Virus record (IMG/VR): IMGVR_UViG_3300035494_000155
Span: 1 to 40,508 of that record
Source of the DNA: a virus
Taxonomy: Duplodnaviria; Caudoviricetes
Length of the DNA stretch: 40,508 nt
Reading direction: 5' to 3' (one strand)
The notes under the pieces were generated by a model, which was given only the letters and a program-made list of their open reading frames with translations, had not been told where the DNA came from and ran no database searches. Position 1 is the stretch's first letter. Every line of letters starts with the position of its first letter. Below, one piece after another: positions 17,921 through 26,514 of the stretch. The translations under genes were made by a program, and so were the position numbers.

Positions 17921-17922
17921 TT

Positions 17923-17950
17923 AGGGAGGCTTTGGCCTCTCTTTTTATTT
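17923..17950 (+). terminator. Intrinsic terminator
   Basis: GGGAGGC-TTTG-GCCTCTC followed by TTTTTATTT. Confidence 0.8.
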
Positions 17951-17982
17951 ATCTACTAAATCTATTGCGTAGGAGCAAACAA

Positions 17983-19863
17983 ATGTTACCATTTCAATAT
18001 AAATACGTCTCTTCTATAGACCAACTTCCTAACTTCTCCCCAGATTATCCGGTATTTGCAGATATTGAGTCTGATGGGCTTTATATTAATACTAGAGTTA
18101 TTCAGTACTATCAGCCAGAAACTGACCCTTATGTTTACATTCTGGATGTAGGGTACTTCGGAGAACACACTAAGAATGCTTCCACCACTAATGCACTCTT
18201 CAAAGCATTGGGAAAATCGCATGTAGCTAAGGTAACCAGAAAACAGATAGAAGAGCTGCATAAACCCCTATGGTTAGTTTGGTGGAATGGGTCTTATGAC
18301 CAAGGAACTTTAAGAGTAGGCTCTAAGAAAGTAGATGACTTATGGTATATGGCTAAGATAGCATTACCAAAATTATCAGAATTTAACCTTGACGTAGTCA
18401 CTAATCACCTATTCCCTAAACAAAACTTCTATGGGGATATAAACAAAAAACAAATGCACAAGGCTAACTGGGCAGCCGCAGTACTTGATGAGCTACAGCT
18501 AAAGTATGCTGCTACTGATGTATACGTTATGAAGCTTATCTGGGACAAAATATACCCTAAGGTTAAGGATAACAGGGCATACCAAGTAGATAGCTTAAAC
18601 CTTGGGTATGCAGTCAGATGGCAGCAAAATGGTCTTAAGGTTAAAGAGTCTGTAAGAAAAGCCACAGAATTAGAGTACCAAACAAAACTAGCTGAGGTAA
18701 AAACCAAGTTTCCCGTTGAGCTAAATGTAAATAGCTTTCAACAGGTACGGGCTTTATTGGCAGCTTATGATTTAGGATGGGATGTTTCTACTCCTGAAAA
18801 GTGGAAGTTAGCCTTAGAAAAACACAAAGAGAATCCGGTTGTAAAAGAATCAGATGAAACAGCCTTATTAACCAGAGCTGCTAAAGGATGTCCATACTCA
18901 GAGCTTATCCTAGAAGAAAGAGGAATTATAAAAACCTTAGGTTTCTTGGAAGGTTACAACAGAGACAGAGTATATTCTCATTATAATCCTTACGGAGCTA
19001 GAACAGGCAGATGGGTCTCTAAAGGAGGAGATAGGGAAGAAGCTGCAAACCTACAACAGCTACCTCGTAAACTTAAAAAAGTATTTGGTTTTGAGGAAGA
19101 AGATGATAGAGTATTCGTTGGAGCTGACTTACCAACGGCTGAGCTAAGGCTTATTGCTGCTGTGTATGGAGAGCATACAATGGCGGAGTGCTTTAGAAAT
19201 GATATAGATATTCACTATCGTACTGCATCTAATACCTTAGGTAAGCCTATAGACCAAGTTACTTCTGATGAACGTAAAAAGGCCAAAGCTGAAAACTTTG
19301 GATTATGTTATGGCATGGGGGCTGATAAATTCCAGGCTTATGCCTTTACTAACTATGACATCATTATGACCATAGAGGAAGCAGAAGCAAGGAGAAACTC
19401 ATGGATGGCCGCTTACCCTGACCAAGCCCGATTCTTAGATAAAATTAAAAAGGACTTCTTTAAAGGGGACCTTGTAGTTAAGACTTTGCTAAATAGATGG
19501 GTAAAGCCTGATATGTATACCGATGCAAGTAATATACCTATTCAAGGAGGGATTGCAGAAGTTGCTAAAATATGGATACACTATCTTCATGTATTAGCTA
19601 AGGAGGAATATGGAATACGTAAGTTACCAATCATAGTGGATAATAACAACATAGTATACAACATGCCAGTAGCTAACTTTGTGCATGATAGCTTAACACT
19701 TGAAGCTCAAAATAAAGCAGAAGCTGATGATTGGAAAGACCTGTTATACCGAAGTTGTGATAAGGCCTGGGATTACTATATGAGTTTACCAGGGATCCTT
19801 ATTAGAGATATACCAATGCCTTTAGAAGTAGGAATTGGAAAAAGCTATGGCGATGCCAGCTAA
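17983..19863 (+). CDS. polA: Family A DNA polymerase with 3'-5' exonuclease
   Basis: ADIES ExoI, YAATD ExoIII, RTGR, NLQQLP, motif A DLPTAELR, motif B RKKAKAENFGLCYG, motif C VHDS; start moved to ATG 17983 behind AGGAG. Confidence 0.95.
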   Translation: MLPFQYKYVSSIDQLPNFSPDYPVFADIESDGLYINTRVIQYYQPETDPYVYILDVGYFGEHTKNASTTNALFKALGKSHVAKVTRKQIEELHKPLWLVWWNGSYDQGTLRVGSKKVDDLWYMAKIALPKLSEFNLDVVTNHLFPKQNFYGDINKKQMHKANWAAAVLDELQLKYAATDVYVMKLIWDKIYPKVKDNRAYQVDSLNLGYAVRWQQNGLKVKESVRKATELEYQTKLAEVKTKFPVELNVNSFQQVRALLAAYDLGWDVSTPEKWKLALEKHKENPVVKESDETALLTRAAKGCPYSELILEERGIIKTLGFLEGYNRDRVYSHYNPYGARTGRWVSKGGDREEAANLQQLPRKLKKVFGFEEEDDRVFVGADLPTAELRLIAAVYGEHTMAECFRNDIDIHYRTASNTLGKPIDQVTSDERKKAKAENFGLCYGMGADKFQAYAFTNYDIIMTIEEAEARRNSWMAAYPDQARFLDKIKKDFFKGDLVVKTLLNRWVKPDMYTDASNIPIQGGIAEVAKIWIHYLHVLAKEEYGIRKLPIIVDNNNIVYNMPVANFVHDSLTLEAQNKAEADDWKDLLYRSCDKAWDYYMSLPGILIRDIPMPLEVGIGKSYGDAS

Positions 19864-20809
19864 AGGAAAATACATGGAAAGTTTAGACCTAGTAATAGAA
19901 GAAGATGAGATATTTATAGAGATAGATGCGGCTGGTAACTATACTCCTGAAAAGCATGATAAAGCTATTATCATAGATGCAGATACCATAGCTTTTGCTG
20001 CTTGTTCTGTATGTCAGTACGAAGCCGTTGATATCTCACCTGATAGAGAACATGCCGTATATGATGAGTCACTTGGGTGCTTTAGGGACATTAACATCGA
20101 TGAGGCTGTACTTCATGCCAAAGGTAAGGTTGAGCTCATCCTAGAAAGGATAGGAGGTAAAAAGAAAAATACTGAGCTACATTTTACTATGAGTAGAGAT
20201 AACTTTCGTAATCAGCTACTTAAGGAAGCTTTTCCTAATAATCCCGAGCTATGGTACAAAGCCCATAGAAGTGACAGAGAAAAGAAACCACCGGTTGGGT
20301 TAAGTGCTTGTAAAGAACAATTAGCTATCCACTTTAAAAGCTTTTACTGGCTAAATATAGAGGCCGATGATGCAGTGGTAGAAAGAAAGTATGCGCTTAA
20401 AGACAATGCTATTCTGGTATGTGTAGATAAGGACATCTATAAAAATACACCTGACTTCGGACAGCCCCACTGGAATTATTATGAAGCCCCTTGGCTGGCT
20501 AATCCAATAGCTATGAAGTGGATACCCATGGATGAAGAGGAAGCCTTGTATAACCTATATATGCAGGCTATTATCGGAGACCGGTCTGATAATGTTCCAG
20601 GACTTCCTGGTATAGGGCCTAAAAAAGCTGCAGCATTCCTAGAGCTTGGAATGAGTGAAGAAGAACTATGGGAAGGCGTAAAGGCGGCTTATAATAAACA
20701 CTGCAAGTATGGAGACCCAGAACAGATGGCTATTCTAAACATGAGACTAGTTAACATGAACCAAACTACTGATGGGGAGGTATCTTTATGGCAACCAATG
20801 GAAAGCTAG
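19835..20809 (+). CDS. 5'-3' exonuclease (T7 gp6 / FEN-like); start uncertain
   Basis: IIDAD, WYKA.R, EADD, DKD, GDRSDNVPGLPGIGPKKA. Confidence 0.92.
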   Translation: MEKAMAMPAKGKYMESLDLVIEEDEIFIEIDAAGNYTPEKHDKAIIIDADTIAFAACSVCQYEAVDISPDREHAVYDESLGCFRDINIDEAVLHAKGKVELILERIGGKKKNTELHFTMSRDNFRNQLLKEAFPNNPELWYKAHRSDREKKPPVGLSACKEQLAIHFKSFYWLNIEADDAVVERKYALKDNAILVCVDKDIYKNTPDFGQPHWNYYEAPWLANPIAMKWIPMDEEEALYNLYMQAIIGDRSDNVPGLPGIGPKKAAAFLELGMSEEELWEGVKAAYNKHCKYGDPEQMAILNMRLVNMNQTTDGEVSLWQPMES

Positions 20810-21123
20810 AATGGCCTACTAAGGAGCAGGTAGAAGAACAGATACTAGTACATGGAGTATCTTATACATCTAGTTTCTGGAAAACACTGCAGATACAAGA
20901 AAAGCTTGTTTTAACTGTAGAACAGGCTGAGATATACCACATAGTTCAAAAGGCTCATGTAGAGCTAACAGGACATAGTTTACCAGATACTATCAAAGGT
21001 TCTATGAAAACTCGGGCTCAAATTAGAAATGAGATCGGGGAAGTGGACGAAACTAAAATAGAAAATGCAGTACAGTCTGGAATGATGGCTAAGCTAGCAA
21101 AATTAAGAGGAGAAAACAAATGA
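20788..21123 (+). CDS. Hypothetical protein
   Basis: GGAGG RBS, overlap-coupled. Confidence 0.75.
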   Translation: MATNGKLEWPTKEQVEEQILVHGVSYTSSFWKTLQIQEKLVLTVEQAEIYHIVQKAHVELTGHSLPDTIKGSMKTRAQIRNEIGEVDETKIENAVQSGMMAKLAKLRGENK

Positions 21124-21470
21124 GTATGGGAAATAATGAAGGAACAGTAGCTGATACTTTAAAACAAAGAGGGTTAGTATACGGTAGCTATAAAGAGGTA
21201 TGTGAAGTTAGGGCTAAAATCTTAGATTTACTTAGCAAACATCACGTAGCTGTTACCGGTAAGCCAATGGATGATAGAACTCTTTTAGGTTTTAGTGACG
21301 TGGTGCTAAAGCTTGTAAGAGCTGCAGGGAAGCCTGAGTATGAAGACAGTTGGCATGATTTGGCGGGGTATGCTACTTTAATGGAAGATATAGCTAAATC
21401 TGGCAAGACTCTTAAAGATGCCTTGGCTATTAGTGACTTAAGCAAAGCATTTGAGGGAGGTACTAAATGA
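21120..21470 (+). CDS. DUF6378-like small helical protein (possibly nucleotide-related)
   Basis: L.QRG..YG.Y, KLVR, DSWHDLAGYATL motifs. Confidence 0.7.
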   Translation: MSMGNNEGTVADTLKQRGLVYGSYKEVCEVRAKILDLLSKHHVAVTGKPMDDRTLLGFSDVVLKLVRAAGKPEYEDSWHDLAGYATLMEDIAKSGKTLKDALAISDLSKAFEGGTK

Positions 21471-22186
21471 AAAATATAGTTAAGAAACTAAGAGATAGAC
21501 TGGTAGATACTGGGTATGTAATTAGTACTTCTAGCTGGCAAGGAACTAAAACTCCTCCAGCTATGGTAGAAATACCTCATGTATCTGAAGTGGTAAAAAT
21601 GCTTGAAGACCCTAAAGAGTTATCTGATGCTGTTAATGCTAAGCAGCCGTGGGCTAATATACACTTCAAAGAAAGAACTCAAGGGTATGCAACTAACCCT
21701 GACCCCTCACATGAGATGTGGGCTAGTAGTACCCATGACTATAAATTGGATGATACTAAATTTAGCCATACTTACTCTGAGAGAATGTGGCCTTCAGCTC
21801 TTTTACCAAAAGGTATTAGATTTAAAACTGGGGACCTATATACCCTGGTACAGCTATTGCAAAAAGAGCCGGATACAAGACAAGCATACATGCCTATGTA
21901 TTTACACGAAGACTTAACTGCTGCTTTAGAAGGTGAGAGGGTTCCTTGTTCTTTGGGATGGCACTTTATTATACGTAACGGTACTTTAGATGTTATGTAT
22001 ACGATGAGAAGCTGTGATGCTATGAGACACCTACAAAATGATATCTATTTTGCTAACAAGTTAGCCCTATGGGTAAGAGAACAAGCAGGGCTAGAAGTAA
22101 AGATGGGTGTCCTACACTTGGTTATTACAAGCTTACACTGCTTTCAGCAAGACATTGCAATTTATAAAAAAGGATTAATCAAATGA
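21467..22186 (+). CDS. ThyA-fold dCMP hydroxymethylase/methylase-like enzyme
   Basis: TRQA, catalytic PC (C161), MRSCD-x7-D (D192, dCMP-type), SLH. Confidence 0.8.
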   Translation: MKNIVKKLRDRLVDTGYVISTSSWQGTKTPPAMVEIPHVSEVVKMLEDPKELSDAVNAKQPWANIHFKERTQGYATNPDPSHEMWASSTHDYKLDDTKFSHTYSERMWPSALLPKGIRFKTGDLYTLVQLLQKEPDTRQAYMPMYLHEDLTAALEGERVPCSLGWHFIIRNGTLDVMYTMRSCDAMRHLQNDIYFANKLALWVREQAGLEVKMGVLHLVITSLHCFQQDIAIYKKGLIK

Positions 22187-23187
22187 GAGTATTAGGAATA
22201 GAAGGAAACATAGGTAGTATGCTTTATCCTTTTCAAGAAGCAGGGCATGAGGTGGTAGGAAACTATGACTCAAGAGGTATAGTCAATGAGAAAAATTTTA
22301 AATTAAATTTCCCCTCTTCTGTATTATTCAAATCTCTAAAAGAAGTGGAGGAGTTAACTGATATCGATGTTGTCGTTGCTCAGCCTAGCTGTAGCAAATT
22401 TTCCCAGCTATCTAGAAGAGACAAAGACGACTACTCATTTGACGTATGCGTGGACCTTGCTTATTATCTTGAGAAGCTAAAGCCCAAATTCTTTTTTATA
22501 GAGTCTAAGCTAGACTATATCTATGAGGTACCTAAAGTGCCAGGCTATAGCTATCAGCTGGAATGGGTTAGTAACTATTATTACGGGAATACTCAGAAAG
22601 GTAGAAATAGGCTGTGGGTTATGGGGATAAGAGAAGATATGGACTGGGTCTTTGTCCCTAGAGAAGAAGAACACAAAAATACGGTGGAGAGTGTAATAGC
22701 TGACCTACCAGCTAAGGATGATAAAGACTTAGACCACTTACACGTATATAAGCCTTTCTTAAAGAATAGCATTACACAAGAGTACTTAACCCTAGATGAG
22801 GCCTTTGAAATGCTGCAAAAAGAAGGAAGACTAAGTTACATAGCTTCTGACGGAAAGATTAAGCATCGTATTAATCGTAAGCTAGCTAAGCGAACCTCAT
22901 CTACTACTATAACAGGCGGAGGAACATGGTTTCACTGGAGTAAGAAATATCCGCTAACCGTTAGGGAAAAGGCCAGAATACAAGGGTTCCCAGATAGCTT
23001 TAGTTTTAAGGGCCTCTCCGCTTCCAAAAAAGATAAAGCCGTGGGTAAAAGCATGCCTATGGAGTTCACAAGATATCTGGTTGGGCTATTGGATGGGTCA
23101 ATTAAGCCTAAACAACCAAGAAAAATAGTGGCGGACCCACTAAAGCTGGTAATTTTTAAGCAAAAATCACAATTTAAAATAAAATAG
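22183..23187 (+). CDS. Divergent C5-cytosine DNA methyltransferase-like enzyme
   Basis: Motif IV QPSCSKFS, VI FIES, VIII QKGRNR, IX LTVREKARIQGFPD, X AVGKSMP; degenerate motif I GIEGNIGS. Confidence 0.88.
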   Translation: MRVLGIEGNIGSMLYPFQEAGHEVVGNYDSRGIVNEKNFKLNFPSSVLFKSLKEVEELTDIDVVVAQPSCSKFSQLSRRDKDDYSFDVCVDLAYYLEKLKPKFFFIESKLDYIYEVPKVPGYSYQLEWVSNYYYGNTQKGRNRLWVMGIREDMDWVFVPREEEHKNTVESVIADLPAKDDKDLDHLHVYKPFLKNSITQEYLTLDEAFEMLQKEGRLSYIASDGKIKHRINRKLAKRTSSTTITGGGTWFHWSKKYPLTVREKARIQGFPDSFSFKGLSASKKDKAVGKSMPMEFTRYLVGLLDGSIKPKQPRKIVADPLKLVIFKQKSQFKIK

Positions 23188-23195
23188 GAGGCTAA

Positions 23196-23277
23196 TTTTA
23201 GCAAAATAAAAATTAGCTAATATAATTATATGATAAAGCATAAAAACTCCATATAATGTAAATTTACTGCCTTATAT
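23196..23277 (+). repeat. 82-bp dispersed element, copy B; TATAAT at 23221, overlaps hairpin 23256-23307
   Basis: Matches the reverse complement of 8712-8793. Confidence 0.85.
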
Positions 23278-23336
23278 GCAATTTCTCATATAATGGCAAA
23301 TTTACATGACCAAAGGTACTAAAATTTTGTTTTATT

Positions 23337-23369
23337 TTAATAAAATTTTTATTTTTATTTTGTTATAAT
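23337..23369 (+). promoter_or_regulatory. Extended -10 promoter
   Basis: TTAATAAAATTTTTATTT...TGtTATAAT; first 18 nt identical to 13087. Confidence 0.75.
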
Positions 23370-23396
23370 GCTTCTAAATAAATACAAAGGAAACAG

Positions 23397-23672
23397 ATGA
23401 ACCAAATTATCGAGGTAGAAGATGTTAGGGAAGCTGCTATGGAGGCCCTAAAGAATGATAGCAGCCTAACTAAATACAAACTGGCTAAAACCTTAAATTT
23501 ATCAACGGCCTCCCACATAAACAACTTCCTTACAGGGAATACTAAGAAGACTAGATTAGCAGTTAAGAAGCTATTCTTTACTCGACTTAATATCCTAATT
23601 AAGGATTTCAAAGATACGCCAGAATATAAAAGACTTACAGAAAAACCAACATCAGAGGATATAAAAGTATGA
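23397..23672 (+). CDS. XRE-like HTH DNA-binding protein
   Basis: LTKYKLAKTLNLSTASHINNFLTG helix-turn-helix pattern. Confidence 0.7.
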   Translation: MNQIIEVEDVREAAMEALKNDSSLTKYKLAKTLNLSTASHINNFLTGNTKKTRLAVKKLFFTRLNILIKDFKDTPEYKRLTEKPTSEDIKV

Positions 23673-24232
23673 CAGAATTAACAAGATTAAGAGACCTAAC
23701 ATTGAAATGGTCTAGCGACCGAGGTATTATCACTAATGGTAAGACTATTACTCAAGCCCTAAAGCTTAGTAGTGAAATGGGAGAATTAGCAGGTAATGTA
23801 TTAAGGCATAAAGATTTTAGAGATGACATAGGAGACTGCTTAGTTGTACTAACTAATATGTATGCATTAGAAGGTTCTGATATCTTAAATAGTTGGGAAG
23901 ACCTAGTTGTTCCTTTCTTTAATTACCCATTAGAGTTTATAGCGGCTTTAGCTGAAGCTAAGGGCAACCTAGATGATAACCTAGCTAAGCAAAAGCCTAT
24001 ACTAGAAAACATGGGTACCATTATAGGAATACTTAAAGGGATAAGCTACTACCATGAGCTTACTATCATTGAGTGCTGGGAAAAAGCCTATAATGATATT
24101 AAAGACCGTAAAGGGTTCTTGAATGAGCACGGAAACTTTATTAAAGAGTCTGACCCTTCATATGAGCTACTATATAAGAAGTTTTTATCTTCTAAGGCTA
24201 GCCTATTTGATACAGAGGCTGACAATGCTTAA
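23669..24232 (+). CDS. MazG-like nucleotide pyrophosphohydrolase
   Basis: QALKLSSEMGELA..DDIGDCLVVL, degenerate second repeat, ECWEKAYNDIKDRKG..GNFIKE. Confidence 0.85.
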   Translation: MTELTRLRDLTLKWSSDRGIITNGKTITQALKLSSEMGELAGNVLRHKDFRDDIGDCLVVLTNMYALEGSDILNSWEDLVVPFFNYPLEFIAALAEAKGNLDDNLAKQKPILENMGTIIGILKGISYYHELTIIECWEKAYNDIKDRKGFLNEHGNFIKESDPSYELLYKKFLSSKASLFDTEADNA

Positions 24233-24764
24233 GCACGTTATGATGGATATAGAAACTTTATCTACTTCCAGTAATGCCATAGTTACTACCATTAGCGCTG
24301 TGGAATTCGACTTAATAACGGGTGAGATGGGTAAAGAGTTTGAGGTTGCACTAGACACTAAGGAACAGCTGGACAGAGGAGGGGTTCTGGATGCCTCTAC
24401 AGTAGTTTGGTGGCTTAATCAGGAAGAAGAGGCTATTTTATCTATGTTAAAGGTGCCAAAGAAAAGCCTTAACAGTGCCTTGTTATCGTTCAATGATTGG
24501 TTAAATGGCTTGGAGTGTCCTAACAAAGATTTGAAGCTATGGGGTAACGGTGTAGGGTTTGATAACGTTATAGTTAGAAACCTATACAGAAATTCAGGAA
24601 TAGAGTTTGTGCTTCCTTACTGGTGTGATAATGACGTTAGAACTCTGGTAACACTAGGAAACATAGATACTAGGAACTTCAAATTTGAAGGGATTAAGCA
24701 CTATGGAATAGATGACTGCAAACACCAGATTAAATACTGCCATGCTGCTTATAAAGGTATGTAA
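24225..24764 (+). CDS. DEDD 3'-5' exonuclease (Rv2179c / ExoVIII-N-like)
   Basis: HVMMDIETL, TVVWW, WGNGVGFDN, DVRT, H..IDDC; start at ATG 24225 behind GAGG. Confidence 0.88.
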   Translation: MLKHVMMDIETLSTSSNAIVTTISAVEFDLITGEMGKEFEVALDTKEQLDRGGVLDASTVVWWLNQEEEAILSMLKVPKKSLNSALLSFNDWLNGLECPNKDLKLWGNGVGFDNVIVRNLYRNSGIEFVLPYWCDNDVRTLVTLGNIDTRNFKFEGIKHYGIDDCKHQIKYCHAAYKGM

Positions 24765-25633
24765 TGATAGAGCAATGTAAAGGTAAGGACCTAATTAAAG
24801 TTCCAAGTTCTAAGCTTAACCGAGGGCTATGGTTTGGTGCAACTAAATATGACGGACACTACGGACAAATACATAAGCTTGTAGACTCCGTAGTATTTTA
24901 TACCTCTGGGGGAAAGCCATTTAAGCTTCCCAAGTTAGAACAGGAGCTAATTACTGCTTTTGGCTCTATGCAATTTGTACTTGAGTATGAGTATAACATG
25001 GAAAATACTGGTATGCTTGGAGACCGTACTAAATGTGGTAAGTTAACTACCTATAGAACTAATACAGAGAAAGGCATCTGTAATAGTTCTTTAGAAGGTA
25101 AAGAGGTGTTTAGGGTATTTGACATTATTAGTTATGACGGTGAGCTAATAACTACTCCGTTTAGTAATAGGCTTAAAACTCTTACTCAGTTTTCCAAACA
25201 GTTCCCTACCAGGATACAACTGGTGGAGTTTGATTGCCTACCGCTTGAAGACCAAATAGCCGATGCTAAGAGATTAGTTAAGCTAGGATGGGAAGGGAAA
25301 TATATTAAACATCCTAACCATACTTACCAACTGGGTAAGAGGGTCAACGAGGCCATTAAACTAAAGTATAGGCCTACCGCTGATTTACTATGTATAGGAG
25401 TAGAACCAGGAGAAGGCAAATACCTTGGTATGATAGGCTCTTTGGTATTAAAAGATAGTGCCAGTAGGATAGTAAAAGTAGGTAGTGGACTATCTGATAG
25501 CGATAGGGTAAAGCTACCTAGCCAATTTATAGGACAAGTCATAGAAGTAGAATATGAGCAAATCTTAGATACTTATATTCAACCCACGTACATTCAAGTA
25601 CGTGAAGAAAAATCTGAAAAGGAAATAGACTAA
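24764..25633 (+). CDS. lig: ATP-dependent DNA ligase
   Basis: KYDG adenylation motif, FDII, GWEG, KLK, OB-fold GKY.GMIGSL..VGSGLSD. Confidence 0.92.
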   Translation: MIEQCKGKDLIKVPSSKLNRGLWFGATKYDGHYGQIHKLVDSVVFYTSGGKPFKLPKLEQELITAFGSMQFVLEYEYNMENTGMLGDRTKCGKLTTYRTNTEKGICNSSLEGKEVFRVFDIISYDGELITTPFSNRLKTLTQFSKQFPTRIQLVEFDCLPLEDQIADAKRLVKLGWEGKYIKHPNHTYQLGKRVNEAIKLKYRPTADLLCIGVEPGEGKYLGMIGSLVLKDSASRIVKVGSGLSDSDRVKLPSQFIGQVIEVEYEQILDTYIQPTYIQVREEKSEKEID

Positions 25634-25842
25634 TGAGTAAAATTAAACTAGAATTGCATACAAACGATAATGGCGAAGTTGAAGTTAGCCTCAAAGGGGC
25701 ATGTACCGTACAGGAGCTAGAAATAGCGACAGGGTTTATGATGATACAACTAGCAACTAGCTCTACTACTGGATGGGAAGTTTTAAGCTCTATAATGAGT
25801 GAAATTGAAACTAATATGGCACAAGTAGATGGAAGTAACTAG
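25633..25842 (+). CDS. Hypothetical protein
   Basis: TAATG coupling. Confidence 0.7.
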   Translation: MSKIKLELHTNDNGEVEVSLKGACTVQELEIATGFMMIQLATSSTTGWEVLSSIMSEIETNMAQVDGSN

Positions 25843-26341
25843 TAAGCATAGTGCATTTAGAGGTAGTAAGGTACTAAAAGTACTTACTGCCAAAGATGCT
25901 GTATTACTTAAAAAGTATATTATAGTTTTAATTGCTATTAGGCTATTAGAGGCTTCTGACAGTAAACTAGTAAACATTAACCAGCTCCACTCTGCTTTAC
26001 ATTTCTGGTTAAAGCTCCAAGGTAAGCGTAACCCTAAGCTAGTGGCAGAGGCTGATGGCATAGAGCATATTATCTGGATGTATACTAAAGATACAGCTAT
26101 ATATAGTATAGGATACCACATAATAGACCCACTAATTTTAAGTAGTGATTTATTATCAGAAGTACAACTAGGCAATGTAATAACTGCGTTATATTCTAGT
26201 ATTACAGAAGACAGGTTAAAAGAGTCATTTGTTAGTAGACGAATACTAAGACAAACTGCACAGCTAGGTTATGTTATCCTAGAAACTATAGAAAAGTATT
26301 TATACGGTAGGAAAAAAGATGGAAGGTTCATAATATGCTAA
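25829..26341 (+). CDS. Hypothetical protein
   Basis: 170-aa ORF in operon. Confidence 0.7.
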   Translation: MEVTSKHSAFRGSKVLKVLTAKDAVLLKKYIIVLIAIRLLEASDSKLVNINQLHSALHFWLKLQGKRNPKLVAEADGIEHIIWMYTKDTAIYSIGYHIIDPLILSSDLLSEVQLGNVITALYSSITEDRLKESFVSRRILRQTAQLGYVILETIEKYLYGRKKDGRFIIC

Positions 26342-26514
26342 CGGTAAAAATTGAGAGTATTTCTGATTATGAGATACATATAGAAAAAACTATCAAAGAT
26401 TTAGGATTTTCTCCAAAAAAGGGAGTACTATTCAAAGCCCTAGTTATGCAAGCTTTTAACGATGGAATTAAGCTAACCATGAATAAGCTAGAAGTAGAAA
26501 TAAAGGAGAGATGA
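26335..26514 (+). CDS. 59-aa hypothetical protein (not in ORF track)
   Basis: MLTVKIESISDYEIHIEKTIKDLGFSPKKGVLFKALVMQAFNDG...KER*, ATGA-coupled to 26511. Confidence 0.65.
   Translation: MLTVKIESISDYEIHIEKTIKDLGFSPKKGVLFKALVMQAFNDGIKLTMNKLEVEIKER

Noticed and set aside
21467-22186. Ordinary thymidylate synthase ThyA or dUMP hydroxymethylase
   Set aside because: Asp rather than Asn at the specificity position, and ThyX is already present; disfavoured but not excluded experimentally.
17983-24232. Z-genome (2-aminoadenine) or 7-deazaguanine pathway
   Set aside because: No PurZ, DatZ, DpdA, QueC/D/E or FolE motifs recognised.
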